Source: Bacteroidales bacterium
Lineage (GTDB): Bacteria > Bacteroidota > Bacteroidia > Bacteroidales > Muribaculaceae
NCBI GenBank assembly: GCA_014800815.1
Contig: JAAVFI010000008.1
Coordinates: 225 to 64,224, forward strand
Length of the DNA: 64,000 nucleotides
Direction: 5' to 3'
The notes under the pieces are model-generated. The model ran no database searches. It worked only from the letters and a program-made list of their open reading frames with translations, and was not told the DNA's origin. Positions within the stretch are counted from its first letter, which is position 1. Every line of letters starts with the position of its first letter. Below, one piece after another: positions 50,863 through 60,852 of this stretch. A program made the translations under genes and the position numbers.

Positions 50863-53800
50863 ATGAACGAGGAAGCCCTCAGCCGAATGTATCTGAAGGA
50901 AACATCCTTCCAGGCTTTGATGCAGCACCGCGTGTTCAACGTACTGCTCATTGCATCGCCTTACGATGCCTTCATGATGGAAGAGGACGGACGCGTCGAA
51001 GAGCAGCTGTATAATGAGTATGTGGCTCTCAACCTGAGTTCGCCCCCGCGCGTCAACCGCGTGTCGACCATGGACGAGGCTCTCGCTGCCATGCACGCCA
51101 AGCCCTACGACCTCGTGATTGCCATGCCCGGCGGCGACCTCTCCGACACTTTCGACGGAGCGGCAAAACTCAAGGCGGCGCATCCTGCTGTCCCCCTCGT
51201 CGTACTCACGCCTTTCAGCAAGGAAGTATCGCGCCGTCTGGCCAAGGAAGACCTCTCGCACGTCGACTACGTTTTCAGTTGGCTCGGCAATATGGACCTC
51301 CTCCTTGCCATTATCAAGCTGCTTGAAGACAAGCTCAACGCCGACGACATCACCGACGTGGGCGTGCAGGCTATCCTCGTCATAGAAGACTCCGTACGAT
51401 TCTATTCGTCGGTGCTCCCTCATATTTACAAATTCCTCCTCAAGCAATCCAAACTCTTCTCTACCGAGGCGCTCAACCAGCACGAGCAGATGCTCCGCAT
51501 GCGCGGTCGTCCCAAGGTGATGCTTGCCCGAAACTACGAGGAGGCCGTGGAGCTTTACCGGCGCTACGGCAAGAACATGCTCGGAGTCATTAGCGACGTT
51601 TCGTTCAACCGCAACGGTGTCAAAGACCGCGAGGCAGGTCTCAGTCTTGCACGTTATTTCAGAACGTGCGACCCATATCTTCCTATCATCATCGAGTCGT
51701 CGGAGATTGAGAACGAAAAGAAAGTGGGCGATTTCGGCGGTGTCTTCATTGACAAAAACTCGAAGAAGTTGCCCGTCGACCTCGGCGACGCGATTATGAA
51801 CAACTTCGGTTTCGGAGATTTCATTTTCCGCGACCCGGCTACAGGCGAGCCACTCATCACCATTCGCGACCTCAAGGATATGCAGAAGAATATCTTCAAT
51901 ATCCCTGCCGACTCGCTCCTGTACCACGCCTCACACAACGACCTCTCGCGCTGGCTCTACTCCCGTGCGCTTTTCCCCATAGCCGATGTGGTGAAGCGCC
52001 ACCGTTTCACCGACATATCCGAAGCACCCGCTGCACGTCAGCTCTTCTTCGACCTTATCGTCAAGTATCGAAAGATGAAGAACCGCGGCGTGGTGGCAGT
52101 ATTCAAGAAAGACCGCTTCGACCACTATTCCAACTTTGCGCGAATAGGGCAGGGCAGTCTCGGTGGCAAAGGCCGCGGTCTGGCTTTTGTCGACTCTATC
52201 ATCAAGAAAAATCCTGTATGCGACAATTTCGGAGGTCTCTCAATCTCCATTCCGCGTACAGTAGTGCTCTGCACGGATATTTTCGACGAGTTCATGGTTG
52301 AGAACGGACTCTATCCGCTCGCTCTCAGCGATGTTCCCGACGATACAATCCTCAAGACCTTCCTTGCCGCCCGCCTCCCCGAGCGCGTGCGTGAAGACCT
52401 CGAAGCCCTCCTCGACGTGGTAGACCGCCCGCTGGCCGTACGCAGTTCGAGCCTCCTCGAAGACTCCCACTACCAGCCCTTCGCAGGTATCTACTCCACC
52501 TATATGGTGCCATTCTCCTCCGACGCGGACAAGCGCCTCAAGTGGATTACCGACGCCATAAAAGGCGTCTACGCATCTGTATTCTATGCCGCAAGCAAGA
52601 CCTATATGACGGCTACAAGCAATGTTATCGACCAGGAAAAAATGGCCGTTATCATTCAGGAAGTTGTAGGCGAAGACCGCGGCGGATGCTACTTCCCCTC
52701 CTTTGCAGGCGTCGGACGCTCCCTCAACTACTATCCTCTCGGCGATGAATCTATCGACGACGGCGTTGTCGAACTCGCCGTCGGTCTCGGAAAACACATC
52801 GTCGACGGCGGTCGCGGACTCCGTTTCTCTCCTGCACATCCCGACCACATTCTCCAGACCTCGACCCTCGACCTTGCACTGCGCGATACGCAGACCGATC
52901 TGTTTGCGCTCCGCACCGGCATCGACGCCGACTTTACGGCAGACGTCGACGAAGGCCTGAACCTCGTCAAGAAAAACGTGCAGGACTTTGCCGGCTCGGG
53001 GCATCTCCGATACATGGTATCGACCTACAACGCTCTCGACGGCGTACTCAACGACTACGAAGGCGGTCCCGGCCGACGCGTAGTTACGTTCACCAACATC
53101 CTGCGCGACAAAGTACTCCCACTCTCCGACGCCCTCGGCTTCATGCTACGCGAAGGTCAGGCGGCCATGCAGCGCCCTGTCGAGATAGAATTTGCAGGCA
53201 ACATCTTTGCCAAACCCACCGAAGAAGGTCTGCGCGGCAGCCTCTACTGGTTGCAGATTCGCCCGATTATTGACAAGAAAAATCTTATCAACGACGACGT
53301 GCTCGATCATCCCGAGGAAGCACTCATACTACGAAGCACCCGTGCCCTTGGCAATGGTATGGTCGACAGCGTACGCACCATTATCTACGTCCGCCCCGAC
53401 AGCTTCGACTCTGCGGCAAATACTTCGCTTGTCGAGGTCATCCGACGGCTCAACAGCGAACTCGCCGCCCGAAACGAAGGATACATACTTATCGGTCCGG
53501 GCCGCTGGGGCTCCTCCGATGCAGCCCTCGGCATCCCTGTCCGCTGGGCCGACATATCCTCTGCCCGCGTCATAGTCGAAGCCGCCACCGACAGCTACCG
53601 CATAGAGCCGAGCCAAGGCACGCATTTCTTCCAGAACCTCACATCTTTCGGCGTGGGATATCTGACTGTAAGCCCGTTTGCTAACGACGGCTCGTATTAC
53701 GACAGCGCCTTCCTCGATTCGCTCCCCGCAGTGTACGACGACGGCAAAGTGCGTATGATCACTTTTGCGAAACCCCTCACAGTGGCTATCAACGGCCGCT

Positions 53801-53868
53801 CGGGGCTCGCCACAATTCTTAAACCGGACGAGGCAACAGCCGACTCTCAAGATTCTGTGCTACCATGA
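50863..53868 (+). CDS. Receiver-domain / PEP-pyruvate-binding (PPDK_N) fusion protein
   Basis: Receiver-like N-terminus; GSLGGKGRGL, AVRSSSLLEDS..QPFAGIY.T, EKMAVIIQEVVG, GPGRWGSSD. Confidence 0.88.
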   Translation: MNEEALSRMYLKETSFQALMQHRVFNVLLIASPYDAFMMEEDGRVEEQLYNEYVALNLSSPPRVNRVSTMDEALAAMHAKPYDLVIAMPGGDLSDTFDGAAKLKAAHPAVPLVVLTPFSKEVSRRLAKEDLSHVDYVFSWLGNMDLLLAIIKLLEDKLNADDITDVGVQAILVIEDSVRFYSSVLPHIYKFLLKQSKLFSTEALNQHEQMLRMRGRPKVMLARNYEEAVELYRRYGKNMLGVISDVSFNRNGVKDREAGLSLARYFRTCDPYLPIIIESSEIENEKKVGDFGGVFIDKNSKKLPVDLGDAIMNNFGFGDFIFRDPATGEPLITIRDLKDMQKNIFNIPADSLLYHASHNDLSRWLYSRALFPIADVVKRHRFTDISEAPAARQLFFDLIVKYRKMKNRGVVAVFKKDRFDHYSNFARIGQGSLGGKGRGLAFVDSIIKKNPVCDNFGGLSISIPRTVVLCTDIFDEFMVENGLYPLALSDVPDDTILKTFLAARLPERVREDLEALLDVVDRPLAVRSSSLLEDSHYQPFAGIYSTYMVPFSSDADKRLKWITDAIKGVYASVFYAASKTYMTATSNVIDQEKMAVIIQEVVGEDRGGCYFPSFAGVGRSLNYYPLGDESIDDGVVELAVGLGKHIVDGGRGLRFSPAHPDHILQTSTLDLALRDTQTDLFALRTGIDADFTADVDEGLNLVKKNVQDFAGSGHLRYMVSTYNALDGVLNDYEGGPGRRVVTFTNILRDKVLPLSDALGFMLREGQAAMQRPVEIEFAGNIFAKPTEEGLRGSLYWLQIRPIIDKKNLINDDVLDHPEEALILRSTRALGNGMVDSVRTIIYVRPDSFDSAANTSLVEVIRRLNSELAARNEGYILIGPGRWGSSDAALGIPVRWADISSARVIVEAATDSYRIEPSQGTHFFQNLTSFGVGYLTVSPFANDGSYYDSAFLDSLPAVYDDGKVRMITFAKPLTVAINGRSGLATILKPDEATADSQDSVLP

Positions 53869-55187
53869 GTTTATTTTCTGTTGTAAAAAATATATTCGGA
53901 TTCGGTCCTGACGTAGAATTCGATGTTGAAACATCCGACGACGTCGAAACCGACACCCCCGCTCTCCCTACCGCCGAAGAACCGTCGGCAACCGACGACA
54001 CTCCACAAGTCGAAGGTCTGGTAGAGGTCCCCACCCTGCCCGAAATCGACCCTGAGATGAAGCGCAAGATATTCGAGGGCGTCGTGGCTATGTTCAACGA
54101 GTCGCTGCCCGGATTCCTTGCCAATAGTGTCGACCCTGCCAAGCAGGAGCAGCTCCTTGTCGATGCACTCGACAAAGGCCTCGTAGACTACCTCAACGGC
54201 CTCATGCTCAGCGCAGAGCAATATGCCGAGGCCAAGCTCAAAGGTGCCACAGAGACGGCGCGTCGCGAGAGCGAACGCCTCCGCTCCGATATGCAGCAGA
54301 TTGAGCAGCAGCGCACTACACTCCGCGAGCAGCAGCTCAGCGCCGACCGTCGCCGCCGTGCCCTTGCCGACCGCGTAACCGATCTCGAAGCACAGCTTGC
54401 CAGTGCCGAGGCCGAACGCGAGCAGTTCGAACTCGAGCGCCGCAGCCTACTCAACAAGCTCAAAGTCTCCGACGTGCAGCCCGGCGTGGTAGAAGAACTC
54501 CGTCAGGAAGTCGACACCCTCCGCGCACAGCTCGCCGCTGCCGCCCAAGAAAATCCCGCCGAAGCTCCCGAACCCGTAGTTCAGACAGTCATTCAGGGCG
54601 TTCCCGAAGAAGAGCATCAGGCCGCTCTTGAGCGCGAGCAGGAAGCCGGCAAGAAGATAGAGGAACTCGAAAAGCTTCTCGCCGACATACGCAACCAGCA
54701 GGAACTCTCGCAGGGTATGTACAGCGACCTCCAGAACCAGTACGCTACTGAGCGCGAGGCCCGTCAGCAGGCCGAAGCCTCGCTCGAAGAAGCACACAAG
54801 ATAGTAGACTCCGTCAACGAGATACAGCAGCAGATGAATCAGGTCGAATCCATGATTCAGAAGCGCGACGAGCGCATAGCACGCCTCAAAGCCAACAACA
54901 AAAAGCTCAAAGAACAGCTCGAAGAAGCCCTCAACGCCTGCCGCGCGGGTGCCGACAACGGCCTCTTCGGCCTCCCCCAACAGGCCGAGCGCGCAGCGGC
55001 TGCAGCCGTACCCTCCGACTCTCTCGCCTCGCTCGAAGACGACTTCGAGGTGCCCGACTGGTTTGTATCCGAACCTCAGCCCGGTGAAGTAAGTCCGCTC
55101 CTCACCTCCGACGCCGAATTCGGCTATCAGGAGCCACCGCGCAAACCCCGCAAACCCGAGAATGACGCACAGCTCTCACTGTTCTAA
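53865..55187 (+). CDS. Coiled-coil protein with a C-terminal QLSLF motif
   Basis: Long E/Q/R-rich heptads; acidic linkers; ends PENDAQLSLF. Confidence 0.85.
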   Translation: MSLFSVVKNIFGFGPDVEFDVETSDDVETDTPALPTAEEPSATDDTPQVEGLVEVPTLPEIDPEMKRKIFEGVVAMFNESLPGFLANSVDPAKQEQLLVDALDKGLVDYLNGLMLSAEQYAEAKLKGATETARRESERLRSDMQQIEQQRTTLREQQLSADRRRRALADRVTDLEAQLASAEAEREQFELERRSLLNKLKVSDVQPGVVEELRQEVDTLRAQLAAAAQENPAEAPEPVVQTVIQGVPEEEHQAALEREQEAGKKIEELEKLLADIRNQQELSQGMYSDLQNQYATEREARQQAEASLEEAHKIVDSVNEIQQQMNQVESMIQKRDERIARLKANNKKLKEQLEEALNACRAGADNGLFGLPQQAERAAAAAVPSDSLASLEDDFEVPDWFVSEPQPGEVSPLLTSDAEFGYQEPPRKPRKPENDAQLSLF

Positions 55188-55199
55188 GTATCGTAAGAT

Positions 55200-56507
55200 A
55201 TGAAGTTCATTTCGACCGAAGGGCATTCGGCCCCTATGACCCTGAAAGAAGCTGTAGCTCGGTGTGTGGCACCGGGAGGAGGCCTCCTCATGCCCGAATT
55301 CCTTCCGCGCATCCCTGCAGCTCTCTACCGCAATATCGCTGAGATGAATCTGCGCGAGATAGCATTCGTCGTGGCTGAAACATTGCTCGGCGAAGACATC
55401 TCCGGCCCTCAGCTCAAGACCGTCACCGACTACGCCTTCGCTCAGGATATCCCTCTCCGGCATCTCGACGGCAATATCTACGCCCTCGAACTCTTCCACG
55501 GCCCGTCGCTCACCTTCAAGGACTACGGCGAGCGCTTCATGGCGCGCCTTCTCCCGCTCATCGACGGTAACAGCCGACGCACCGTACTCGTTGCCACAAC
55601 GGGAAATACCGGAGCTGCGGCTGCCAACGGCCTTTTCCGTCAGCCCGACACCGACCTTTTTGTCCTCTATCCCCGGGGCCGCCTCTCCCGCTCGCAGACC
55701 GCAATGTTTGCCTCGCTTGGCGAGAACATACACCCCGTAGAGGTTGCAGGTACTATCGAGGAGTGCAAATTGCTAATGCAGAAAGCAATAGACGACCCCT
55801 CGCTTGCCGCATACAATCTCACCGGGGCAAACTCCATAAACATTGCGCGCCTCATCCCGCAGATTACATTCGTAATGCACGCATACGCCCGTCTGCGTCA
55901 GCTCGAAGTTCCCGAGGCCGACAGTGCCGTCTACTCCATACCCTGCGGCAATGCAAGCAACATAGTTGCCGCCACCATGGCGCGCTTCATGGGACTGCCT
56001 ATGGGGCGAATCATCGCGGCGACGAACACCAACAATCAGCTCGCCCCGCTTATCGCAGGACAACCGCCCGTGCACGGTGTAGCCCCGGTGCGCACACTCG
56101 CACCGTCTACCGACATGACCTACCCCTCATCGTGGCCGCGAATAGCGTATCTCTATAAGGACGACCCTGAGGCTCTCGCACGCGACATCTATGCGGCGCC
56201 CCCGCTGAGCGACGCCGAAATAGCAGCGGCGGTAAATCATCTCAAAGACACCACAGGCTACATCATCGACCCTCACGGCGCAATGGCCTACAAGGCCGCC
56301 GAGGACTATCCCGCCGGCAACGCTCCCAAGGTAGTGTTCGCTACAGGACACCCCGCGACACGACTCGACATAATGACAGGAATTACAGGGTCGGCTATCG
56401 AACTGCCTCACCAGCTCAACCGTTTTATGAGCGGAAGACATTCGGCAGTGATAATCCCGCCGACAATTCCCGCTCTACGTAAAATACTTCAAACAACAAT
56501 TCACTAA
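55200..56507 (+). CDS. thrC: Threonine synthase (divergent)
   Basis: ELFHGPSLTFKD (PLP lysine), ANSINIARLIPQ, DPHGA, TGHPA. Confidence 0.8.
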   Translation: MKFISTEGHSAPMTLKEAVARCVAPGGGLLMPEFLPRIPAALYRNIAEMNLREIAFVVAETLLGEDISGPQLKTVTDYAFAQDIPLRHLDGNIYALELFHGPSLTFKDYGERFMARLLPLIDGNSRRTVLVATTGNTGAAAANGLFRQPDTDLFVLYPRGRLSRSQTAMFASLGENIHPVEVAGTIEECKLLMQKAIDDPSLAAYNLTGANSINIARLIPQITFVMHAYARLRQLEVPEADSAVYSIPCGNASNIVAATMARFMGLPMGRIIAATNTNNQLAPLIAGQPPVHGVAPVRTLAPSTDMTYPSSWPRIAYLYKDDPEALARDIYAAPPLSDAEIAAAVNHLKDTTGYIIDPHGAMAYKAAEDYPAGNAPKVVFATGHPATRLDIMTGITGSAIELPHQLNRFMSGRHSAVIIPPTIPALRKILQTTIH

Positions 56508-56519
56508 TACCAGACTCTT

Positions 56520-56882
56520 ATGGCAAACAAACGCGACCTTAAGAAATTTGTCCGCAACACTTGCGGCGCCCTCGCAGCAGAAATCATCTTCGCCCGCGCG
56601 GCATTCCCCTCAATCGAAGGCAAAAAAGTACAGGAAATCGTTACAGATATCGCTCGTCTTCAGGGCGACACTCTCACCAAAGCTTCAATCTCTTTCGACA
56701 AGTCTCCCCGCGACTTCGAGACCCGTGCCGCTTATCACAAAGCACGCACCGACTACTACAACAAAGCATACACCAAGCTCCTTGACAACTTCGACGAAGC
56801 CGTTCTCGCTATCGTTAAGAACATGAACGCTGCTCTCCCCGCCGACGTCAAGGCAGAAATCAAAAAAGTAGCAGCTGAATGA
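56520..56882 (+). CDS. Conserved Bacteroidales hypothetical protein
   Basis: MANKRDLKK..N..CG.L N-terminus; coupled to neighbouring genes; host codon usage. Confidence 0.8.
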   Translation: MANKRDLKKFVRNTCGALAAEIIFARAAFPSIEGKKVQEIVTDIARLQGDTLTKASISFDKSPRDFETRAAYHKARTDYYNKAYTKLLDNFDEAVLAIVKNMNAALPADVKAEIKKVAAE

Positions 56883-57424
56883 ATCTTTCAGCAAATATAC
56901 TGAAGCTCTTCGGGTGGAAGGTGCGCATCACCGTGCCCGACTACCCGAAGAGCATCATCTGTGTAGCTCCGCACACAAGCAACTGGGATTTTATCCTCGG
57001 TGAGCTTGCATATCACTCCGCAGGGCGTAGCGCCGGCTTCCTGATGAAGGAAACATGGTTCTTCTGGCCCCTCGGATGCTTTTTCCGTGCCATAGGTGGC
57101 ATAGCCGTGCCGCGACGCAAGCCCGGCAGCGCCTCGCTCACTTCTTTCCTCACCGAAAAATTCAAAACTTCAGAGCGCCTCAACATCGCCATCACCCCCG
57201 AAGGTACCCGCAGCCGCACCACCAACTGGCACTCGGGCTTCCTCCACATAGCCCTCAACGCCGGCGTCCCCATAGTTCTCGGAGCTATCGACGCGGCCAC
57301 ACGCACTATCATCATTGAGCGTACCTTCACCCCTACGGGCGATATCGAGGCCGATATACGGGCCGTCAAAGACTACTACGCTCACTTCACCGGACTGCGT
57401 CCCGAAAAATTCACCGCCGAATGA
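56879..57424 (+). CDS. 1-acyl-sn-glycerol-3-phosphate acyltransferase family
   Basis: APHTSNWDF, ITPEGTRS. Confidence 0.92.
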   Translation: MNLSANILKLFGWKVRITVPDYPKSIICVAPHTSNWDFILGELAYHSAGRSAGFLMKETWFFWPLGCFFRAIGGIAVPRRKPGSASLTSFLTEKFKTSERLNIAITPEGTRSRTTNWHSGFLHIALNAGVPIVLGAIDAATRTIIIERTFTPTGDIEADIRAVKDYYAHFTGLRPEKFTAE

Positions 57425-58230
57425 ATACCCTCACCGACCGACTCAGAGTTGCCGCGCTCCCGCTGAAGATCAAGTGGGCCGACAAGGAAGCAAACCTCGC
57501 CGCTGTGGCCGAGGCCATGAAATCGCTGCCAGCCGGCACCGATATTGTGGTGCTCCCCGAACTGTTCTCGACAGGCTACTCCGACGATCCCGAACTCATG
57601 CGCGAGCTCGCCGAGAGAAACACAGGAGAGACTGTCGACACCCTCAAGGCGCTCGCCGCACAATATTCCGTGGCAATTGCAGGCAGTTTCCTTGCCTTCA
57701 CAGCCCCCAAGGTCTACAACCGCGGCTTCTTCATCGAGCCCTCGGGCGAGGAGACTTTCTACGACAAGCGTCACCTCTTCTCTCTCAGTCAGGAAGCTTC
57801 CATATTTACCAAAGGCTCCTCTCCGCTGCCTATAGTGCGCTTCAGAGGCTGGAACGTTGCCATGATAGTGTGCTACGACCTCCGTTTCCCCGTATGGTGC
57901 CGTTGCCGCGCCAATAGCTACGACCTCCTTCTCGTGCCCTCCAACTGGCCTCAGAGCCGCGGATATGCCTTCGAGCATCTCCTCATAGCCCGCGCAATCG
58001 AAAACCAATGCAGCGTAGTGGGCGCCAACCGAGGCGGAGCCGACAGCTACGGCGTGTACGACGACCTCACATTCATCTTCGACGGCCGCGGAATGCCCGT
58101 CTCGAGAATCGAAGGCCCGTTTGTTGTGGCCGACTTGAGCAGGATGAGTCAGGAGAAATACCGCAAGAATTTCCCCGTGTCATTCGATGCCGACGATTTC
58201 ACAATCATCGAGAAAGTTGTCGAAAAATAA
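57421..58230 (+). CDS. Nitrilase-family amidohydrolase (YafV/omega-amidase-like)
   Basis: VLPELFSTG, YDKRHLF, VCYDLRFP catalytic E-K-C. Confidence 0.92.
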   Translation: MNTLTDRLRVAALPLKIKWADKEANLAAVAEAMKSLPAGTDIVVLPELFSTGYSDDPELMRELAERNTGETVDTLKALAAQYSVAIAGSFLAFTAPKVYNRGFFIEPSGEETFYDKRHLFSLSQEASIFTKGSSPLPIVRFRGWNVAMIVCYDLRFPVWCRCRANSYDLLLVPSNWPQSRGYAFEHLLIARAIENQCSVVGANRGGADSYGVYDDLTFIFDGRGMPVSRIEGPFVVADLSRMSQEKYRKNFPVSFDADDFTIIEKVVEK

Positions 58231-58249
58231 CCACATAAGATAGCGACCT

Positions 58250-58804
58250 ATGGATTACTGCATTAAAAATATGGTGTGCGACCGTTGCATAGCAGCGGTG
58301 AAAGCCGTCCTCGCCTCTTTAGGCGTCGAACACTACGACGTGAAGCTCGGTACCGTTTCTGTCCCCGAACCTCTCGGCGCCGACACCCTTAAATCTTTTG
58401 ATGCAGGACTCCGTGAACTCGGATTTCAGCGCGTGTCCGACCAGAATGACGAACTGGTAGAGCGTGCAAAAGCCGCCGTACTCGACCACGTACGCAACGA
58501 AGCCGAGTGCCACCTCAAACTATCGGCCTGTGTCGAGCACCAGATGGGAGTGCCATACGACACCGTCAGCCGTATCTTCTCTCAGCGCGAGGGTCGGACC
58601 ATAGAAAAATATCACATCGCCCAGAAGGTAGAGCGAGTCAAAGAGCTCCTTTCGTACGGCGGTCGTTCGCTCGACGAGATAGCCGATATCTCGGGATACT
58701 CGAGCGGTGCGCATCTCTCGCGCCAGTTCAAAGCCGTAACAGGCCTTACGCCCTCGGAATTCGTAAAACTCGGATGCCCGCGTAACCCTCTCGACAAAAT
58801 ATGA
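58250..58804 (+). CDS. AraC family regulator with an N-terminal HMA-like CxxC
   Basis: IKNMVCDRC..AV; SLDEIA...GYSS.AHLSRQFK.VTG.TPSEF. Confidence 0.9.
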   Translation: MDYCIKNMVCDRCIAAVKAVLASLGVEHYDVKLGTVSVPEPLGADTLKSFDAGLRELGFQRVSDQNDELVERAKAAVLDHVRNEAECHLKLSACVEHQMGVPYDTVSRIFSQREGRTIEKYHIAQKVERVKELLSYGGRSLDEIADISGYSSGAHLSRQFKAVTGLTPSEFVKLGCPRNPLDKI

Positions 58805-60279
58805 CATACAGCAAGAACTCGTTCTTAAACCGTGGAGTGATACTAATGGCCGCATTCATCGGTGTGGTCTACTTTTATTTATCATTCTACCTGCCGTTCA
58901 CCGGCGACGACCTCGGATATCGCGAAGACTACATAGCCGCCTCAGGCTCGCTCGAAAGCATCATACATTACTGCCGCGTACACAGGTATTTTTCCAATGC
59001 ACGCCTCGCCGACCTGCTCAACCCCATACCGCTGGTGTATATGCCCCTGTGGCTCAATGCGCTGTGCTGCGGAGTGGCTACCGCCGCCTTTTTTATACTC
59101 ATGGTGCGTTGGTCGGGCTTGCGCAACCGCCTGCTGCAATTCGCAGTTCTTGCTCTCACTGCCTTCACATTCCGCTGGGATGCCCTGTGGATGGAATTCG
59201 TCACCCAGTACAACTACGTCTGGCCCTCGGCCATGATATTGGCATCTATCGCTCTCATTGTCAGCGACAGATGCACCGCGAGGTGGATGACAGTCCTTGG
59301 CATCTTCCTTTGCCCGCTTGCTGCGGGAATGCACGAGGCCGGCGGCAATCCCGTGTGCATAGGCCTGATACTCTATTTCGCAGTCAACCGCGCATGGCTC
59401 ACTCGGCCACGGACAGTCCTTCTTGTACTCTTTATCCTCGGAAGCATATTCACCTTGCTTTCTCCCGCCCACTTCACACACTCCGACAATTTTGTCGCGC
59501 CTGAAAGTTTCGCCGAGAAAGTATTCGGCTCGGCATATTACATCGTTATTCTCATCGCCGTCACCCTCTGCCTGCTGATTTTCGACCGCAAGCGTCTGCG
59601 GGCACTCATGCACGACACCACCCTCATCTTCGCGGCAGCTGCCATAGCCTCACTCGCCTTCGTGATAGTAGCCGGCTACGGCGGACGTCCCGCATGGTAT
59701 GGCCAGGTGTATGCCCTGATAGCTCTCTGCCGCATAGCTTCAACTTACACGATACGCATCCCCGATAATGTCGACAAAGCCATGAGCACGGCCCTCGTAT
59801 GCTTTCTCGTTTTCCATTTCGGCTCCGTGGCATGGTGGCAGCACCACCTCGGGAAAGAGAACGATGCCGTGTGCTCGCTCATCCGCAAATCGCCCGACGG
59901 CGTGGTTTTCTACGACTACACGCGCGATACCGACACTCCCTTCTACCTCCTCAACAAGACACGCGGAGTACCTGACACCGACGATGTGTACTACCTCGCA
60001 AGATTAAGCCAACACATAGCAGGAGGCAAGAAAGTGACCATACTCCCCGCGGCACTCTCGGCTCTCGACTTCAACACATTCAGCGGCGAACTGCACCTTT
60101 CGGATGACATCCTCACTGACCGCCGCCTGCCCGGAGTCACCGAGCGCTCGTTCTATAAAAGTCATCCCCGCTTCGTGGTGAAGCAGGGACAGACAGAGCT
60201 TATCGAACGCAGCTTTGAAAAAGCCGGACGAACTTTCTACTATTATACGCCCGTCGACGTAGACCGAGGCGAAAAATAA
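58801..60279 (+). CDS. Polytopic membrane protein (DUF6056/GtrII-like)
   Basis: About 11 TM helices, GDDLGY, NARLAD, NYVWP, HEAG motifs typical of GT-C-like proteins; family recalled. Confidence 0.6.
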   Translation: MTYSKNSFLNRGVILMAAFIGVVYFYLSFYLPFTGDDLGYREDYIAASGSLESIIHYCRVHRYFSNARLADLLNPIPLVYMPLWLNALCCGVATAAFFILMVRWSGLRNRLLQFAVLALTAFTFRWDALWMEFVTQYNYVWPSAMILASIALIVSDRCTARWMTVLGIFLCPLAAGMHEAGGNPVCIGLILYFAVNRAWLTRPRTVLLVLFILGSIFTLLSPAHFTHSDNFVAPESFAEKVFGSAYYIVILIAVTLCLLIFDRKRLRALMHDTTLIFAAAAIASLAFVIVAGYGGRPAWYGQVYALIALCRIASTYTIRIPDNVDKAMSTALVCFLVFHFGSVAWWQHHLGKENDAVCSLIRKSPDGVVFYDYTRDTDTPFYLLNKTRGVPDTDDVYYLARLSQHIAGGKKVTILPAALSALDFNTFSGELHLSDDILTDRRLPGVTERSFYKSHPRFVVKQGQTELIERSFEKAGRTFYYYTPVDVDRGEK

Positions 60280-60837
60280 TCAGTGCTTTATTCGGATTAT
60301 GCCATGACGGTCGGTTATGATAAAGTCGACTGCCACGTCGTGCTCCTCGGCCTCGATTTCATCTTCGTCGAAGAGCTGGAAGTCGTAGCAAACTCCGATT
60401 TTCAGAGCCTTCGACCGGCCTAAAAGTCGGTCGTAGTAGCCCTTGCCTCGGCCAACTCGGTTGCCCGAGCGATCGTAAGCCACCGCAGGAACTATTATCA
60501 GGTCCATATCACTCACGTCGGCGGTATCCTCACCGTCGGGCTCCTCGATATGGAATGCGCCGAGGTGGGTGCGAGTGCGCGAGTAGGGTAGTATCTCGAG
60601 GTCAAGACCGTTGACGCGCGGCAGGTAGAACTCTTTGTCGCTCTCCCAACGGTCGAGGAAAGCGTGTGTGCCGAGCTCGTCGGGCAGGGAGTGATACATC
60701 AGCACCTTGCGCGCCATAGTGAACGCCGCCATCGACGCCAGAGTGTCGAATACTCGCGCCGCAGCCTCCGTACGCTCGATGTCGTCGAGCATGGCCTTTC
60801 GGGCACGTACGCGTGCCCTTATCTCATCTTTTTTCAT
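60280..60837 (-). CDS. 5-formyltetrahydrofolate cyclo-ligase
   Basis: IIVPAVAYDRSGNRVGRGKGYYDRLL, HDVAVDFIIT. Confidence 0.95.
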   Translation of the reverse strand: MKKDEIRARVRARKAMLDDIERTEAAARVFDTLASMAAFTMARKVLMYHSLPDELGTHAFLDRWESDKEFYLPRVNGLDLEILPYSRTRTHLGAFHIEEPDGEDTADVSDMDLIIVPAVAYDRSGNRVGRGKGYYDRLLGRSKALKIGVCYDFQLFDEDEIEAEEHDVAVDFIITDRHGIIRIKH

Positions 60838-60852
60838 TTCGGTTATGAAAGT

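Noticed and set aside
60838-60852. 6S RNA upstream of 5-formyl-THF cyclo-ligase (proteobacterial synteny)
   Set aside because: The intergenic gap is only 15 nt
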